Positions 1 through 8,151 of a DNA stretch of 64,000 bases are shown here, piece by piece. Source of the DNA: an uncultured Chthonomonadaceae bacterium. Its GTDB lineage: Bacteria > Armatimonadota > Chthonomonadetes > Chthonomonadales > Chthonomonadaceae. The notes beneath the pieces are model-generated. The model was not told the origin of the DNA. It worked only from the letters and a program-made list of their open reading frames with translations, and ran no database searches. Each line of letters starts with the position of its first letter. Position 1 is the stretch's first letter. The translations under genes and the position numbers were made by a program. Where the stretch lies: positions 1 through 64,000 of the forward strand of contig CAWIEK010000048.1 in the NCBI GenBank assembly GCA_963835065.1, written 5' to 3'.

Positions 1-1264
1 GCGCATTTACGGCTAATTTTTTTTCTTTTTCCGCGAGTTTCTGCGCGCTTCTTGTCGTCAGAAAGGAGCTTCCCAGCAGAGCGAAAACAACAGAGAGCAA
101 GGTTCCTGCCAGCGCCATGCCTCTCCAAAAGGCTATTCGTTGCCGCCGCACTTCCGCGTTGGGCATGTTCGTCCGTATCCATTCTCTGTCGAAAACGCGA
201 AAATAGATTTGGTTCCGAACGAACAAGCGCCCATTGACGACGCGCACGATCCCGGACAGGCGCACAACCGCCATGTTCGGGTTGGTCGGGTCGTAACGCA
301 TTGCCCGCAAGCGGTTGCGGGCGCGCGCATAAATATCCAGCATGGCGGCAATGTCCGCATTGCTGCGCAGCAGGCGATTGCGAACAAAGGCCAGGTTGTC
401 ATCCGTTTCGCGCGCCTTGCGGCTGAGAAACAGTTCGTCGCACTGCTTATCTACGTCGTGGGGCGTCAGGGAACCGCGACACTCCGAGAGGGCGCGGCAC
501 AAGCGCTGCGTCATATAGGGCTGCCCGCCTGTCCAGGAAAGGACGCGCTGCAGCAGGCGCGTGCCTGTGACAGCATCTTCATCCAATCCTTCAGCCAGGG
601 GCGCGGCTTCTTCCAAAGTGAAGTCCGCCAGTTCGATACGCCGCCCGATATTGAACGGCGTGGTGCGCGGGTCCTGAATCAGATCGCTCGGCGTGGCGAC
701 ACCGAGCAGGCAAAACGTCAGCCGTTTCAGGTCCGGCTCCTGCGTCCGGCGGTTGTAACACTCGCGGATGCCCGCAAAGAATTCGTCGGTGGAAAATCCC
801 AGACTCAGCACCGCGTCAATTTCGTCTATAAAAATAACAATGCTGCCATCCAGTTTTTTGAGCGCGACCTCACGAATAGCGGCCATCCAGCGCTGCATGG
901 GGCCAATCGCTTTGTTTTCGCGCCAGAAGTCTATAAGATCATCTTCCAGTTCGATTTGTTCGGCAAGCCGGCGCAGCAACCCGTAGTACCATTGCTCCAC
1001 AGTCAAATTCTGGCCGATTTCCGTCAGGTCAATGACCGCGACGTGATATTTCTCCAGGCGCAACTGTGTGGCCGTCCGAACCATCAGGCTGGACTTGCCC
1101 ATTTGCCGACTGGTCAGCATGTAGCAAAGCAGGCCTTCCCGTAACGCGCTGATCAAGTGCTTGTCGGCCTGGCGCGCGACATAGGAACGCGCGCCGAGCT
1201 GCAGTGTGCCTCCCGTAACGTAAAAAGATGGCGCGCGTTCGTTGGTGACGGCTTCAGTAGTCAT
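1..1264 (-). CDS. AAA_35-like (STAND-type) ATPase with a downstream TM segment, 3' end runs off the window
   Basis: Not in the ORF track because it is open at the window edge. My translation from the ATG at 1264 gives MTTEAVTNERAPSFYVTGGTL...SYVARQAD...CYMLTSRQMGKSSL (Walker A variant typical of AAA_35). Near the edge it reads a hydrophobic helix MALAGTLLSVVFALLG. Confidence 0.85.
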   Translation of the reverse strand, partial: MTTEAVTNERAPSFYVTGGTLQLGARSYVARQADKHLISALREGLLCYMLTSRQMGKSSLMVRTATQLRLEKYHVAVIDLTEIGQNLTVEQWYYGLLRRLAEQIELEDDLIDFWRENKAIGPMQRWMAAIREVALKKLDGSIVIFIDEIDAVLSLGFSTDEFFAGIRECYNRRTQEPDLKRLTFCLLGVATPSDLIQDPRTTPFNIGRRIELADFTLEEAAPLAEGLDEDAVTGTRLLQRVLSWTGGQPYMTQRLCRALSECRGSLTPHDVDKQCDELFLSRKARETDDNLAFVRNRLLRSNADIAAMLDIYARARNRLRAMRYDPTNPNMAVVRLSGIVRVVNGRLFVRNQIYFRVFDREWIRTNMPNAEVRRQRIAFWRGMALAGTLLSVVFALLGSSFLTTRSAQKLAEKEKKLAVNA

Positions 1265-1313
1265 AGCGCTTTTTCCTGACGGCGTTGACAGTAACGTGAG
1301 ACTAAAGTGAGAC

Positions 1314-1802
1314 TTACATGCGCTTGAGCGTGGTTTTCGCGCCTACATCCTTGCCACTCTTTGAAGTTGCTTTGGCATCATTTATATCTTTGATGACCTG
1401 CGGCGTCTTCATAACGGGAACGTTGGCTGCCTCCATGTGGTCCATGGCTCCATCCCCCGCCGCCCATCCCCCCTTACATTCCCGGCACACGGGCTTGTTG
1501 TTGGTAAGATTCGTGCGGCACTGGCACATCGCCAGGTGTGAGATGCAGAAGTCGCAGGCCGGGCGGATGCAGCAGGAGACTTTTCCGGCGGCAGTCGCTT
1601 TGGCGCGGGTTCTGTTGAGCCTGTTCTGGATAGACTGCGCCGCCGGGAGAGCCGGAATAGTGTTTGCCGCAGACATTTTTGCCGTTGGGGGCTTCTCCTT
1701 ATGGGAGGAGTCTTTGTCCTGCCAATGCGGGGCGGCCCACACGGAAACGCCGAGCGCCAACGCGGGCAGGCACAGATACAACCCTTTCTTCCGATTTATC
1801 AT
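1314..1802 (-). CDS. Secreted Cys-rich small protein (CCxxPxCxxC...CxC...CxxC), probably metal-binding
   Basis: 162-aa ORF with GGAGG RBS, N-terminal signal peptide and 8 clustered Cys (SCCIRPACDFC, CQC, CRECKGGW). Confidence 0.75.
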   Translation of the reverse strand: MINRKKGLYLCLPALALGVSVWAAPHWQDKDSSHKEKPPTAKMSAANTIPALPAAQSIQNRLNRTRAKATAAGKVSCCIRPACDFCISHLAMCQCRTNLTNNKPVCRECKGGWAAGDGAMDHMEAANVPVMKTPQVIKDINDAKATSKSGKDVGAKTTLKRM

Positions 1803-1980
1803 TGCTATCCTCCCTCCGTCCTGCGCGTCCGGCGCGGGCGGAGTATCCCTACAAATAAGTTCGATAAGCGTGAGCCTTACGCCAGGGTTGACAACGCTTC
1901 AGGTGGTGGCGAGTACAGGAACAGGCTCATGTTGAAACAAACAAACGTATGAGCGCAGAAGTTCCCTTTCCTGTGTACTT

Positions 1981-2020
1981 AAAATAAAAAATTGCCGTGA
2001 TGATACAATCACCCGGCAAT
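1981..2020 (-). terminator. Probable intrinsic terminator (minus strand)
   Basis: Minus-strand ATTGCCG...CGGCAAT hairpin followed by TTTTTTATTTT. Confidence 0.55.
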
Positions 2021-2391
2021 CTGTACATGCAGCGCTGCAAGTGGGTAACAACTACGTGCTAACCGGCATTTCTACCAGACATATTATACTCCCAAATCGG
2101 GGATTTATTGAAGACTAATTCAAAAATTAATAAAAATTTAATTTAATTGCCTATTTAACCAGTAGCATGGTTAGTATCCGTAAATCAATACGTTCCCGAA
2201 CGGGTTGCGAAGCCTACCTTTGCCAACGGGATGTGGGGCAAGCAAAGGATAAAGGATGAAGGATGAAGGATGAAGGTAGGTAGAAAAAAGAGTATGTAGA
2301 GTCATCGTCGAAATCTTGGCAATACAGCGCTTCCAGCCCGATGTCTCATTGTGTCAAGTTGTAGGAGAGAGGCGTCATGGCCTCAGCAGCG

Positions 2392-2418
2392 TCAGGGCGA
2401 ACGGGAGGGGTGGGACAT
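2392..2418 (-). CDS. Putative micro-ORF MSHPSRSP*
   Basis: AAGGAGGT SD, with the ATG 9 nt after GGAGG. The same spacing and the same SRSP-TGA end occur in copy 2 despite divergent intervening bases. Confidence 0.4.
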   Translation of the reverse strand: MSHPSRSP

Positions 2419-2527
2419 GGGCCTGTACCTCCTTTCCTGAGTAGGTAGTTGTAGTTGATAGTTGATAGTTGATAGGAACTCGAGCGTTCAACCTTCCTGT
2501 CTGTATAGTAGACGTTTGTTCTAGTCT

Positions 2528-2555
2528 TTAGACGGCTGCGTGGGGCAAAGGGTTC
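2528..2555 (-). promoter_or_regulatory. ECF-sigma-type promoter (GAAC-N18-GTCTAA)
   Basis: Minus strand GAAC cctttgccccacgcagcc GTCTAA. Identical boxes and spacing occur at 43900-43927, resembling the sigmaE-class consensus. Confidence 0.6.
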
Positions 2556-2797
2556 GTTTATTTTGCGTTATTTTGCTCTTTTTGCTGTCTTTTTTCTGTT
2601 TCTTTTTGGTGAATTGGTTTTGTGGGATTGTTGCTGGATGGTTGCTGTTGGCGTGGTGAGGAACGGGGATGAGGCGCTTGCTTGACGTCTGGAAATCTAT
2701 CACTTCCCGGTGGGCGCAGCAAGCAACGCCCTTACGTTCGGGAAGTTAAAAATTTAGAAACCTTTCCTCTCGCTCATAATCAAAGCAGGCGGAAAGG

Positions 2798-3649
2798 CTA
2801 TTTTGTTGTCAGTATGAGGAAATGCTCAGAGTACGAACGTGTCATAAAATTGTTATTGCTATCATAAGCGGTGACGCCCCATTCAAAAACATCGCCGCGC
2901 TGCAAAGGCGGGTCTGCTTTCCATTGGGTTTCTGCGCGTCGAGGACTCGGTTGGTCTTTGGACTGGCGATTGGACAGGCTGCGAATATGAACCTCATAGC
3001 TTGCTGCACCCTGCACAGGTTTCCACTGGAAAATCGGCGCATCTTCCTGAATAACGGTTTTTGCCGGAGGATAGGTGAGCGTCAGGGGGAGCATATCATT
3101 GTCGGAACTGCCCATCTGCCTTGTATGCGTGGCCTCAGTAAGCAATGCCAGTTGGGGCGCGGAAGGCGCATCATAAGCGGTCGCTGTTTTCGCCTCCCTG
3201 TCCGCCTGGCGCGTGGAAGATGTCTGTTCCGCCCATTGCGTTCGCAGGGCAGCGTTTTGCTTTATTTGCCACGCGCTGATCAGCGGCAATGCCACGAGAA
3301 TTAGACCGACAGCGAGTACAAACGCTTTCCGCTGTAGCGCCGGCCTACTCATAACGCGCCGTGTGTTGTTAAGGGCAGGTACGGAGGCAAAAGCGGGGTC
3401 AGCAAGCGCTTGTTTGCACATTTCAGACGCTAAATGGCGCGCTTCCAATACATCAACATACTGTCGGCGGCAATAAGGACAGAAGGCAACATGACTCATC
3501 ATCTTCGTTGAGACCGAGGCCCTTAACTTTTGCGCGGCGAGTTTGCGCAGCATTTTTAAGTCAGGGCAGTTCGGCGTCGGAGACGTGGGTTGACCATTTT
3601 GGGTATGCAGCTCTTTTTCAAACGGCCATAGATTGTTGGTTTCCGGCAT
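2798..3649 (-). CDS. Anti-sigma factor: N-terminal HxxxCxxC zinc-binding motif, one TM helix, extracytoplasmic beta-sandwich (FnIII/DUF928-like) domain
   Basis: HVAFCPYC, TM segment FVLAVGLILVALPLISAW and C-terminal PIFQWKPVQGAASYEVHI...FEWGVTA. It lies directly downstream of the ECF sigma gene. Confidence 0.8.
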   Translation of the reverse strand: MPETNNLWPFEKELHTQNGQPTSPTPNCPDLKMLRKLAAQKLRASVSTKMMSHVAFCPYCRRQYVDVLEARHLASEMCKQALADPAFASVPALNNTRRVMSRPALQRKAFVLAVGLILVALPLISAWQIKQNAALRTQWAEQTSSTRQADREAKTATAYDAPSAPQLALLTEATHTRQMGSSDNDMLPLTLTYPPAKTVIQEDAPIFQWKPVQGAASYEVHIRSLSNRQSKDQPSPRRAETQWKADPPLQRGDVFEWGVTAYDSNNNFMTRSYSEHFLILTTK

Positions 3650-3676
3650 TATATTTGATTCCCTTACTACTCTATA

Positions 3677-3704
3677 ATAGACGTCGGCGGACTGGAAAAC
3701 GTTG
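3677..3704 (-). promoter_or_regulatory. ECF-type promoter upstream of the anti-sigma gene (AAC-N18-GTCTA)
   Basis: Minus strand CAAC gttttccagtccgccgac GTCTAT, with the same spacing as the promoters in the dispersed unit. Confidence 0.45.
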
Positions 3705-3721
3705 GGGAAAAGAGGTTTGTT

Positions 3722-4807
3722 TCAGCGCAGCTCTTTGATGGTGTCAATGACTATTTTCTTAATACGCTGATGGTAGCGTTCGCGGCACAGTTCCACTGCG
3801 GTTTTTTTGATGGTACGCTGACCGAGTTCCACAACAGGCACGGCGTCCGGCTTCTGGCTCAGTGCCACAATCTCCGCATAATCCACGCCTTCCAGAACAA
3901 ATTTCTGAAAAAGAAAAGTATCGGCGGTGTTCCATCTATCTTCCGGTTTCGCCTGTGCCGCGTTGTTGTTTGCGTGTCTGCCAAGCACAACGTCCGCAAG
4001 CACGGGCGCGATGCGCTCCTGATAGCGTTGCCTTGAATAAGTTGCCGTCCCCTTGAAAAACAAAAAACGGGTTTGCCGCAGTTCTTTGCCCCGCGCCACG
4101 CGCGCTGAAAACATCCTAAGATCAGTTTCATCCCATTTCGTTTCTGCCTTTTCCTGCATCTTCGCTTCAATGTCAACCTCATCCAGGATAGGTTGTACTT
4201 TAGTACTCATACGTTGCCGGAGATTGACCTCTGTCACTTTTGCGTCAGGGACAGCTTCATTAAAGCGTTCCGCTACCTTTTTGTAGGTACAGCCTTCATC
4301 CTCATGAAGCATGTATACTTGAAAGTCCAGCGCATCCCACCGTTGCTTTTTATTTTTAATTTGTTCCACTTTTGATTGGACCGCTTCTTTCCTTTGCTGT
4401 AAGGAAATTCTTTCCACGACTGCATCTGAAAAAGAAGCTGTTCCGGGCGAAGTCTGTACTATCCCTTTCTGACTTCCGTCACTCACCAACTCAATGATCA
4501 AAGCGGCGGTGTCTGCATCTATCTGACGTTTTCTGCGTCTACATTCATCCAGGCAGACATTGACGGCAATCGTGTAAAACCAAGTGCAGAATTCAGCCTC
4601 CTCCCGAAATCCGGGTAAACTATTCTTCGCTTTAAGAAGAGTGTCTGCGATAGCATCTTTGGCAGCTTCCTCCGATTTCAGGATTGACTTGCAGAGGTTA
4701 GGGAGGCGATTGCCACAGGTTTTGACGAGTTCTCCAAAGGCTTCCCAGTCACCTTGCCTAGCTTTTGCGATAAGTTCTGCTTTCCCTTCTTTATTTGCTT
4801 TTTCCAC
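3722..4807 (-). CDS. ECF-type RNA polymerase sigma factor with a C-terminal extension of repeated region-4-like units
   Basis: Region 2 reads LIAKARQGDWEAFGEL...AKDAIADT...FCTWFYTIAVNVCLDECRRR. At 361 aa it is about twice a normal ECF. The start is GTG after AAAGGA. Confidence 0.85.
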   Translation of the reverse strand: MEKANKEGKAELIAKARQGDWEAFGELVKTCGNRLPNLCKSILKSEEAAKDAIADTLLKAKNSLPGFREEAEFCTWFYTIAVNVCLDECRRRKRQIDADTAALIIELVSDGSQKGIVQTSPGTASFSDAVVERISLQQRKEAVQSKVEQIKNKKQRWDALDFQVYMLHEDEGCTYKKVAERFNEAVPDAKVTEVNLRQRMSTKVQPILDEVDIEAKMQEKAETKWDETDLRMFSARVARGKELRQTRFLFFKGTATYSRQRYQERIAPVLADVVLGRHANNNAAQAKPEDRWNTADTFLFQKFVLEGVDYAEIVALSQKPDAVPVVELGQRTIKKTAVELCRERYHQRIKKIVIDTIKELR

Positions 4808-5158
4808 TTTGTCGTCCTTTAAATCAGGGCTGCATCGTATCGTGCAAAGTCATGTTTCTGCTGCTACGAGACATGTACGCCCGCTTATATTCATCGCTTT
4901 ACGGTAAATTCCTGCCGGAAACGGCGCGCGAAAAGAAATTACAAACTTTTCGGAGAAATCCCTCACAGTATAAGAACCACGCGCCGTCAAATTATCAGCA
5001 ACGCACGACAAGCCTTTGTGGCTTGCAGTCTTATTAGTTTCTTGCTCTCGTCAACACTTTGACAACACATTGGACAAGTGTCCAGATTGAGAAACCGACA
5101 GGCTTTTTCAAAGCCTGCATCCCACTCGGGATTTTTTCATAAAGGAAAATGAACCGAA

Positions 5159-6922
5159 ATGAAACAGAAACTACAGATCAAGATGTTAATCATGCTGGTC
5201 CTTGCCATCCTTATGAGGGCTATGACGTCTGCCAGAGCGGACACGACCACGCTTGCCAGCCTGGTCTTTAACGGCGGACTAACTCATGGAACCGGGTCTG
5301 TCACTCTACGCCCCGGGGATACGGTTATCGTGAGCGGGACGTTTTACGTGAGTCATCAAACGACAACCATGCATGTGTGGACCTCGTCAGGGCACTCATT
5401 CGATCCGAGGCCGAACGGCCAAGTATCCTACCTCAACACAGGTACGTCCGATGCTGTCTTCGCAATCCTCAACAACTGGCAGCCCGGTGATTTAGGCGGC
5501 TATATCGCCATCGGAATCCGAAAACGTTCAAATCTGATGGTCATCAAACCCGTCTTAGAGGCGGACGGCAGTGTTAGCTACGGATATCGTGTCGGCGACC
5601 AGCCCTGGGATCCCTGGGGGCATAACGTCGCCGTAGAATTATATTATGCCCAAGGCTCGACGATAATTGGCTCTCCGATTGCGAGTCATTCTCTTCTTAC
5701 TGCAGCCAACTCCTACGGCTGGTTCAACGTTCCGGCCTCGCAAATACCTCCAGTTCCTGCGGGTGCGGACGGGGTGATAGCTGTCGTTGACCGCCAAGAT
5801 GTAATTCCTAAGTCGGATGAAGGCGATAACCGCGCTGTCACGCCCTTGCCTAACCTGCGCGTGGTTGCCCCCTCCTACGAACCGTCCGGCGACATTACAT
5901 ACGGCTACCAGATTCAGCGCGCCTATGCCAGCACGAACCAGCGCGTAACCTTGGCACTTTACTATGCCGATGGCCCCAATGTCTCGGATATTCTCCCGGA
6001 TATGCCGCCTGTTCACGAGACGACGCTGGACCTCAATGCTGGTCCGGAACATCTGTTCACAGTGCAACACGGTACGTACCCGCTTCCCACATCAGAAGCA
6101 ACTCATCTGGTTGCGGTGATTGATCGCAACAATGCTATCCGCGAAGGCGCCCTTGGCGAGGCCGACAATGTGGCCGCTATCGAAGCACAGCCCGCACCAG
6201 GCTACTACATGATCGCGCGGGGCCAGGGCGTCGGCATCTACCGGAAAGACGTGGGAAGGCAGCCCGCCTATTATGCCTTGATCTTAGACCTGAATCGCGC
6301 CGCCATTGGGCACTTCGCGACGAGCGGGTATGCCAATATCTCTAGTTATTCGCCTCTGGCTGTCAAGGGGAACAATGCCTCCCATTATGCAAAGGCCGTC
6401 TTCAACGGCACGTTCTTTGATGGAACATACGTTACCGGCTACACGCCGTCACTTGGCCTGAAAGTGGCGGGCCGTCTAATCGGCTGCGGTACGCGCGCCG
6501 CCGACCCGAAATTTGCCGGACGTATCTCGCTGTTTGAGTATCAGGGAAACTCCACCACCATCGTTCCCTACAGTGCCGATTTCCTGAAGGATACGCGGTT
6601 CAGCGATATAGACGGTGTTTACAACACCAGCCTCAAAATCAACCCGACCGATGCCGTGCGGCGGACGTGGATCGCTCTACGCGACCCCGTCAGCGCGACG
6701 GTAGCTGGCGAGCAACGCTATCGCACCGCTGTGTTTTTCCTAACTGACCGCGCGCTCAGGTGGCAGGAAGCTTATGACGAGATTTCCCTGTTCACGCCAA
6801 ATATCGTCGCGCAACTGGATAGTTCGTCCAGCACTGCGCTCAATGTGGATAGCCACAATCTGGTTACGAATACCATAGGCAGATTTCTGCCCTATGCCTT
6901 CGCTATCTATGCCAGACGTTAA
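5159..6922 (+). CDS. Exported protein with two CARDB-like Ig domains and a C-terminal phosphodiester-glycosidase (NAGPA)-like domain
   Basis: Signal peptide, two repeats ending VVD/VID...E.DN, and C-terminal FNGTFF, RTWIA and QLDSSSST (compare NAGPA motifs NGgfF, RtaiG, LDGGGS). Confidence 0.6.
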   Translation: MKQKLQIKMLIMLVLAILMRAMTSARADTTTLASLVFNGGLTHGTGSVTLRPGDTVIVSGTFYVSHQTTTMHVWTSSGHSFDPRPNGQVSYLNTGTSDAVFAILNNWQPGDLGGYIAIGIRKRSNLMVIKPVLEADGSVSYGYRVGDQPWDPWGHNVAVELYYAQGSTIIGSPIASHSLLTAANSYGWFNVPASQIPPVPAGADGVIAVVDRQDVIPKSDEGDNRAVTPLPNLRVVAPSYEPSGDITYGYQIQRAYASTNQRVTLALYYADGPNVSDILPDMPPVHETTLDLNAGPEHLFTVQHGTYPLPTSEATHLVAVIDRNNAIREGALGEADNVAAIEAQPAPGYYMIARGQGVGIYRKDVGRQPAYYALILDLNRAAIGHFATSGYANISSYSPLAVKGNNASHYAKAVFNGTFFDGTYVTGYTPSLGLKVAGRLIGCGTRAADPKFAGRISLFEYQGNSTTIVPYSADFLKDTRFSDIDGVYNTSLKINPTDAVRRTWIALRDPVSATVAGEQRYRTAVFFLTDRALRWQEAYDEISLFTPNIVAQLDSSSSTALNVDSHNLVTNTIGRFLPYAFAIYARR

Positions 6923-6974
6923 GCAACTGGAAGCAGAGCCAATTCTCTGGTTCCACACATCAAAGGAGAAAATA

Positions 6975-7943
6975 ATGAAAACAATCCGTCGCAGCACCCA
7001 ACTGTTTTTGCTGCTGGTGACACTGATGCTCTTTACTGTCGCATCGCAGGCACAAACCCGAAAGGGCTTCATGCTCTCAACACTAGCCCGCTCCACTGAG
7101 GACGTGTGTCGCGACATCAGCTACCTGTCACAAAAGGGAGGCAATCTCTTCCGATTCCCCGTTTACTTCGGTTATGAACCAAGCGTGAGCTACTGGATTG
7201 ACATGGCAGATAACTGTCGCCAGGTCTGTGTAGATAACAACGTGACGCTTGTCGTAGATTTCCATTGGCCCACACCAGGAAGTCCGGATTCACCTATAAA
7301 GGGATCAGGCATACGTGATATAAACGATTTCAAGGCAAGATGGTATCAGTTCGCCCAACACTTCTATCAGACTGGCAGAGAAAGCAATCTATGGTTTGAA
7401 CTGTGCAATGAGCCATACGTATACTATGAAGATAGTAACAAAAACAAAAAATATTGGCGAGATGTCGCACTTGAAACAGCTAGGATGATCCGTGACATCA
7501 CAGTCGCCATCCCCATCGTGTATTCCGTGCCGAAAGACACTACCCAGCATCTCGAAAATTTCGAACCGTTGCCGATTGAGAACCAGGTGATCACCTTTCA
7601 CTTTTGGGATTGGGCATTCCAAGGGTCAGCCAACTTGAAGTATCCAAACAAGGAACCAGGTATGTATCCGCACCCTCAGGATGGATGGACATATGCCGGG
7701 ATAAATTCCTTGCTCAGCAAAGCGGATAGAATTCGGGACATGGGCTGCGAAGTATATATCGGAGAGGTCGGCATAAACTCCGCCAATCCCAGTGCCGCCA
7801 GATTTTTCCGTGATTTCACTGAGGCGTGCAAGCATCATGGATTTGACCTTACGATCCATGCCTATAAGGAGGATCCCATGTGGGACTACGAAGCAAACAA
7901 CCACACCGCTTGGCAAGTCCTTCTGGACTGGTTGAAGGGATAA
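6975..7943 (+). CDS. Exported glycoside hydrolase family 5 (cellulase superfamily)
   Basis: AAGGAG RBS, signal peptide, and motifs FRFP, VDFH, FELCNEP (acid/base Glu), FHFW and YIGEVG (nucleophile Glu). Confidence 0.85.
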   Translation: MKTIRRSTQLFLLLVTLMLFTVASQAQTRKGFMLSTLARSTEDVCRDISYLSQKGGNLFRFPVYFGYEPSVSYWIDMADNCRQVCVDNNVTLVVDFHWPTPGSPDSPIKGSGIRDINDFKARWYQFAQHFYQTGRESNLWFELCNEPYVYYEDSNKNKKYWRDVALETARMIRDITVAIPIVYSVPKDTTQHLENFEPLPIENQVITFHFWDWAFQGSANLKYPNKEPGMYPHPQDGWTYAGINSLLSKADRIRDMGCEVYIGEVGINSANPSAARFFRDFTEACKHHGFDLTIHAYKEDPMWDYEANNHTAWQVLLDWLKG

Positions 7944-8018
7944 TCCAACACAGCTTGCAGCGCACCTGACTAAAGCTGTGTACTGCATAGTCACCCAATA
8001 GATTGTTCGCTTTTTCTC

Positions 8019-8062
8019 GCTCGGTGAGATAGTATTTCCAATGAAATACTATCTCACCGAGC
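8019..8062. repeat. Perfect 20-bp inverted repeat (hairpin) between the GH5 and CHAT genes
   Basis: GCTCGGTGAGATAGTATTTC-caat-GAAATACTATCTCACCGAGC. Confidence 0.9.
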
Positions 8063-8151
8063 ATCAGAGGGAGGCGTGATGTTAGAGCGGAAATATTCGG
8101 TATACTGGATTGCGTCAGCGTGGCAATCTGATGTGTAAAGGAAGCAGGCGA

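Larger units (their letters stand above)
2283..2560 (-). repeat. Dispersed unit copy 1 (ECF-like promoter, heptamer repeats, RBS + 8-aa ORF, structured core); candidate sRNA or leader
   Basis: 2293-2408 matches 43649-43764 at 112/116 nt. The flanking architecture (GTTGATA repeats, promoter boxes) is also shared. Confidence 0.85.

Noticed and set aside
140..1144. Long antisense ORFs (140..1144, 19494..21653, 25547..27040, 30652..32433, 57186..59501 and others)
   Set aside because: These are shadow frames of clear genes on the opposite strand, as expected in GC-rich DNA.
2290..2418. In-frame TGA codons after the micro-ORF (P-TGA-R-C-TGA) as selenocysteine read-through
   Set aside because: I see no recognisable SECIS element or selenoprotein motif, and most substitutions between the copies are non-synonymous in that frame.
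2377..2448. Plus-strand 23/24-aa ORF (MASAASGRTGG...) in both repeat copies
   Set aside because: It has ATG/GTG starts and a purine-rich upstream region, so it is not excluded. However, the promoter, canonical SD and U-tract all point to the minus strand.
2245..2475. Tandem heptamer arrays as a CRISPR array
   Set aside because: The units are contiguous 7-mers without unique spacers, and there are no cas genes in the window.
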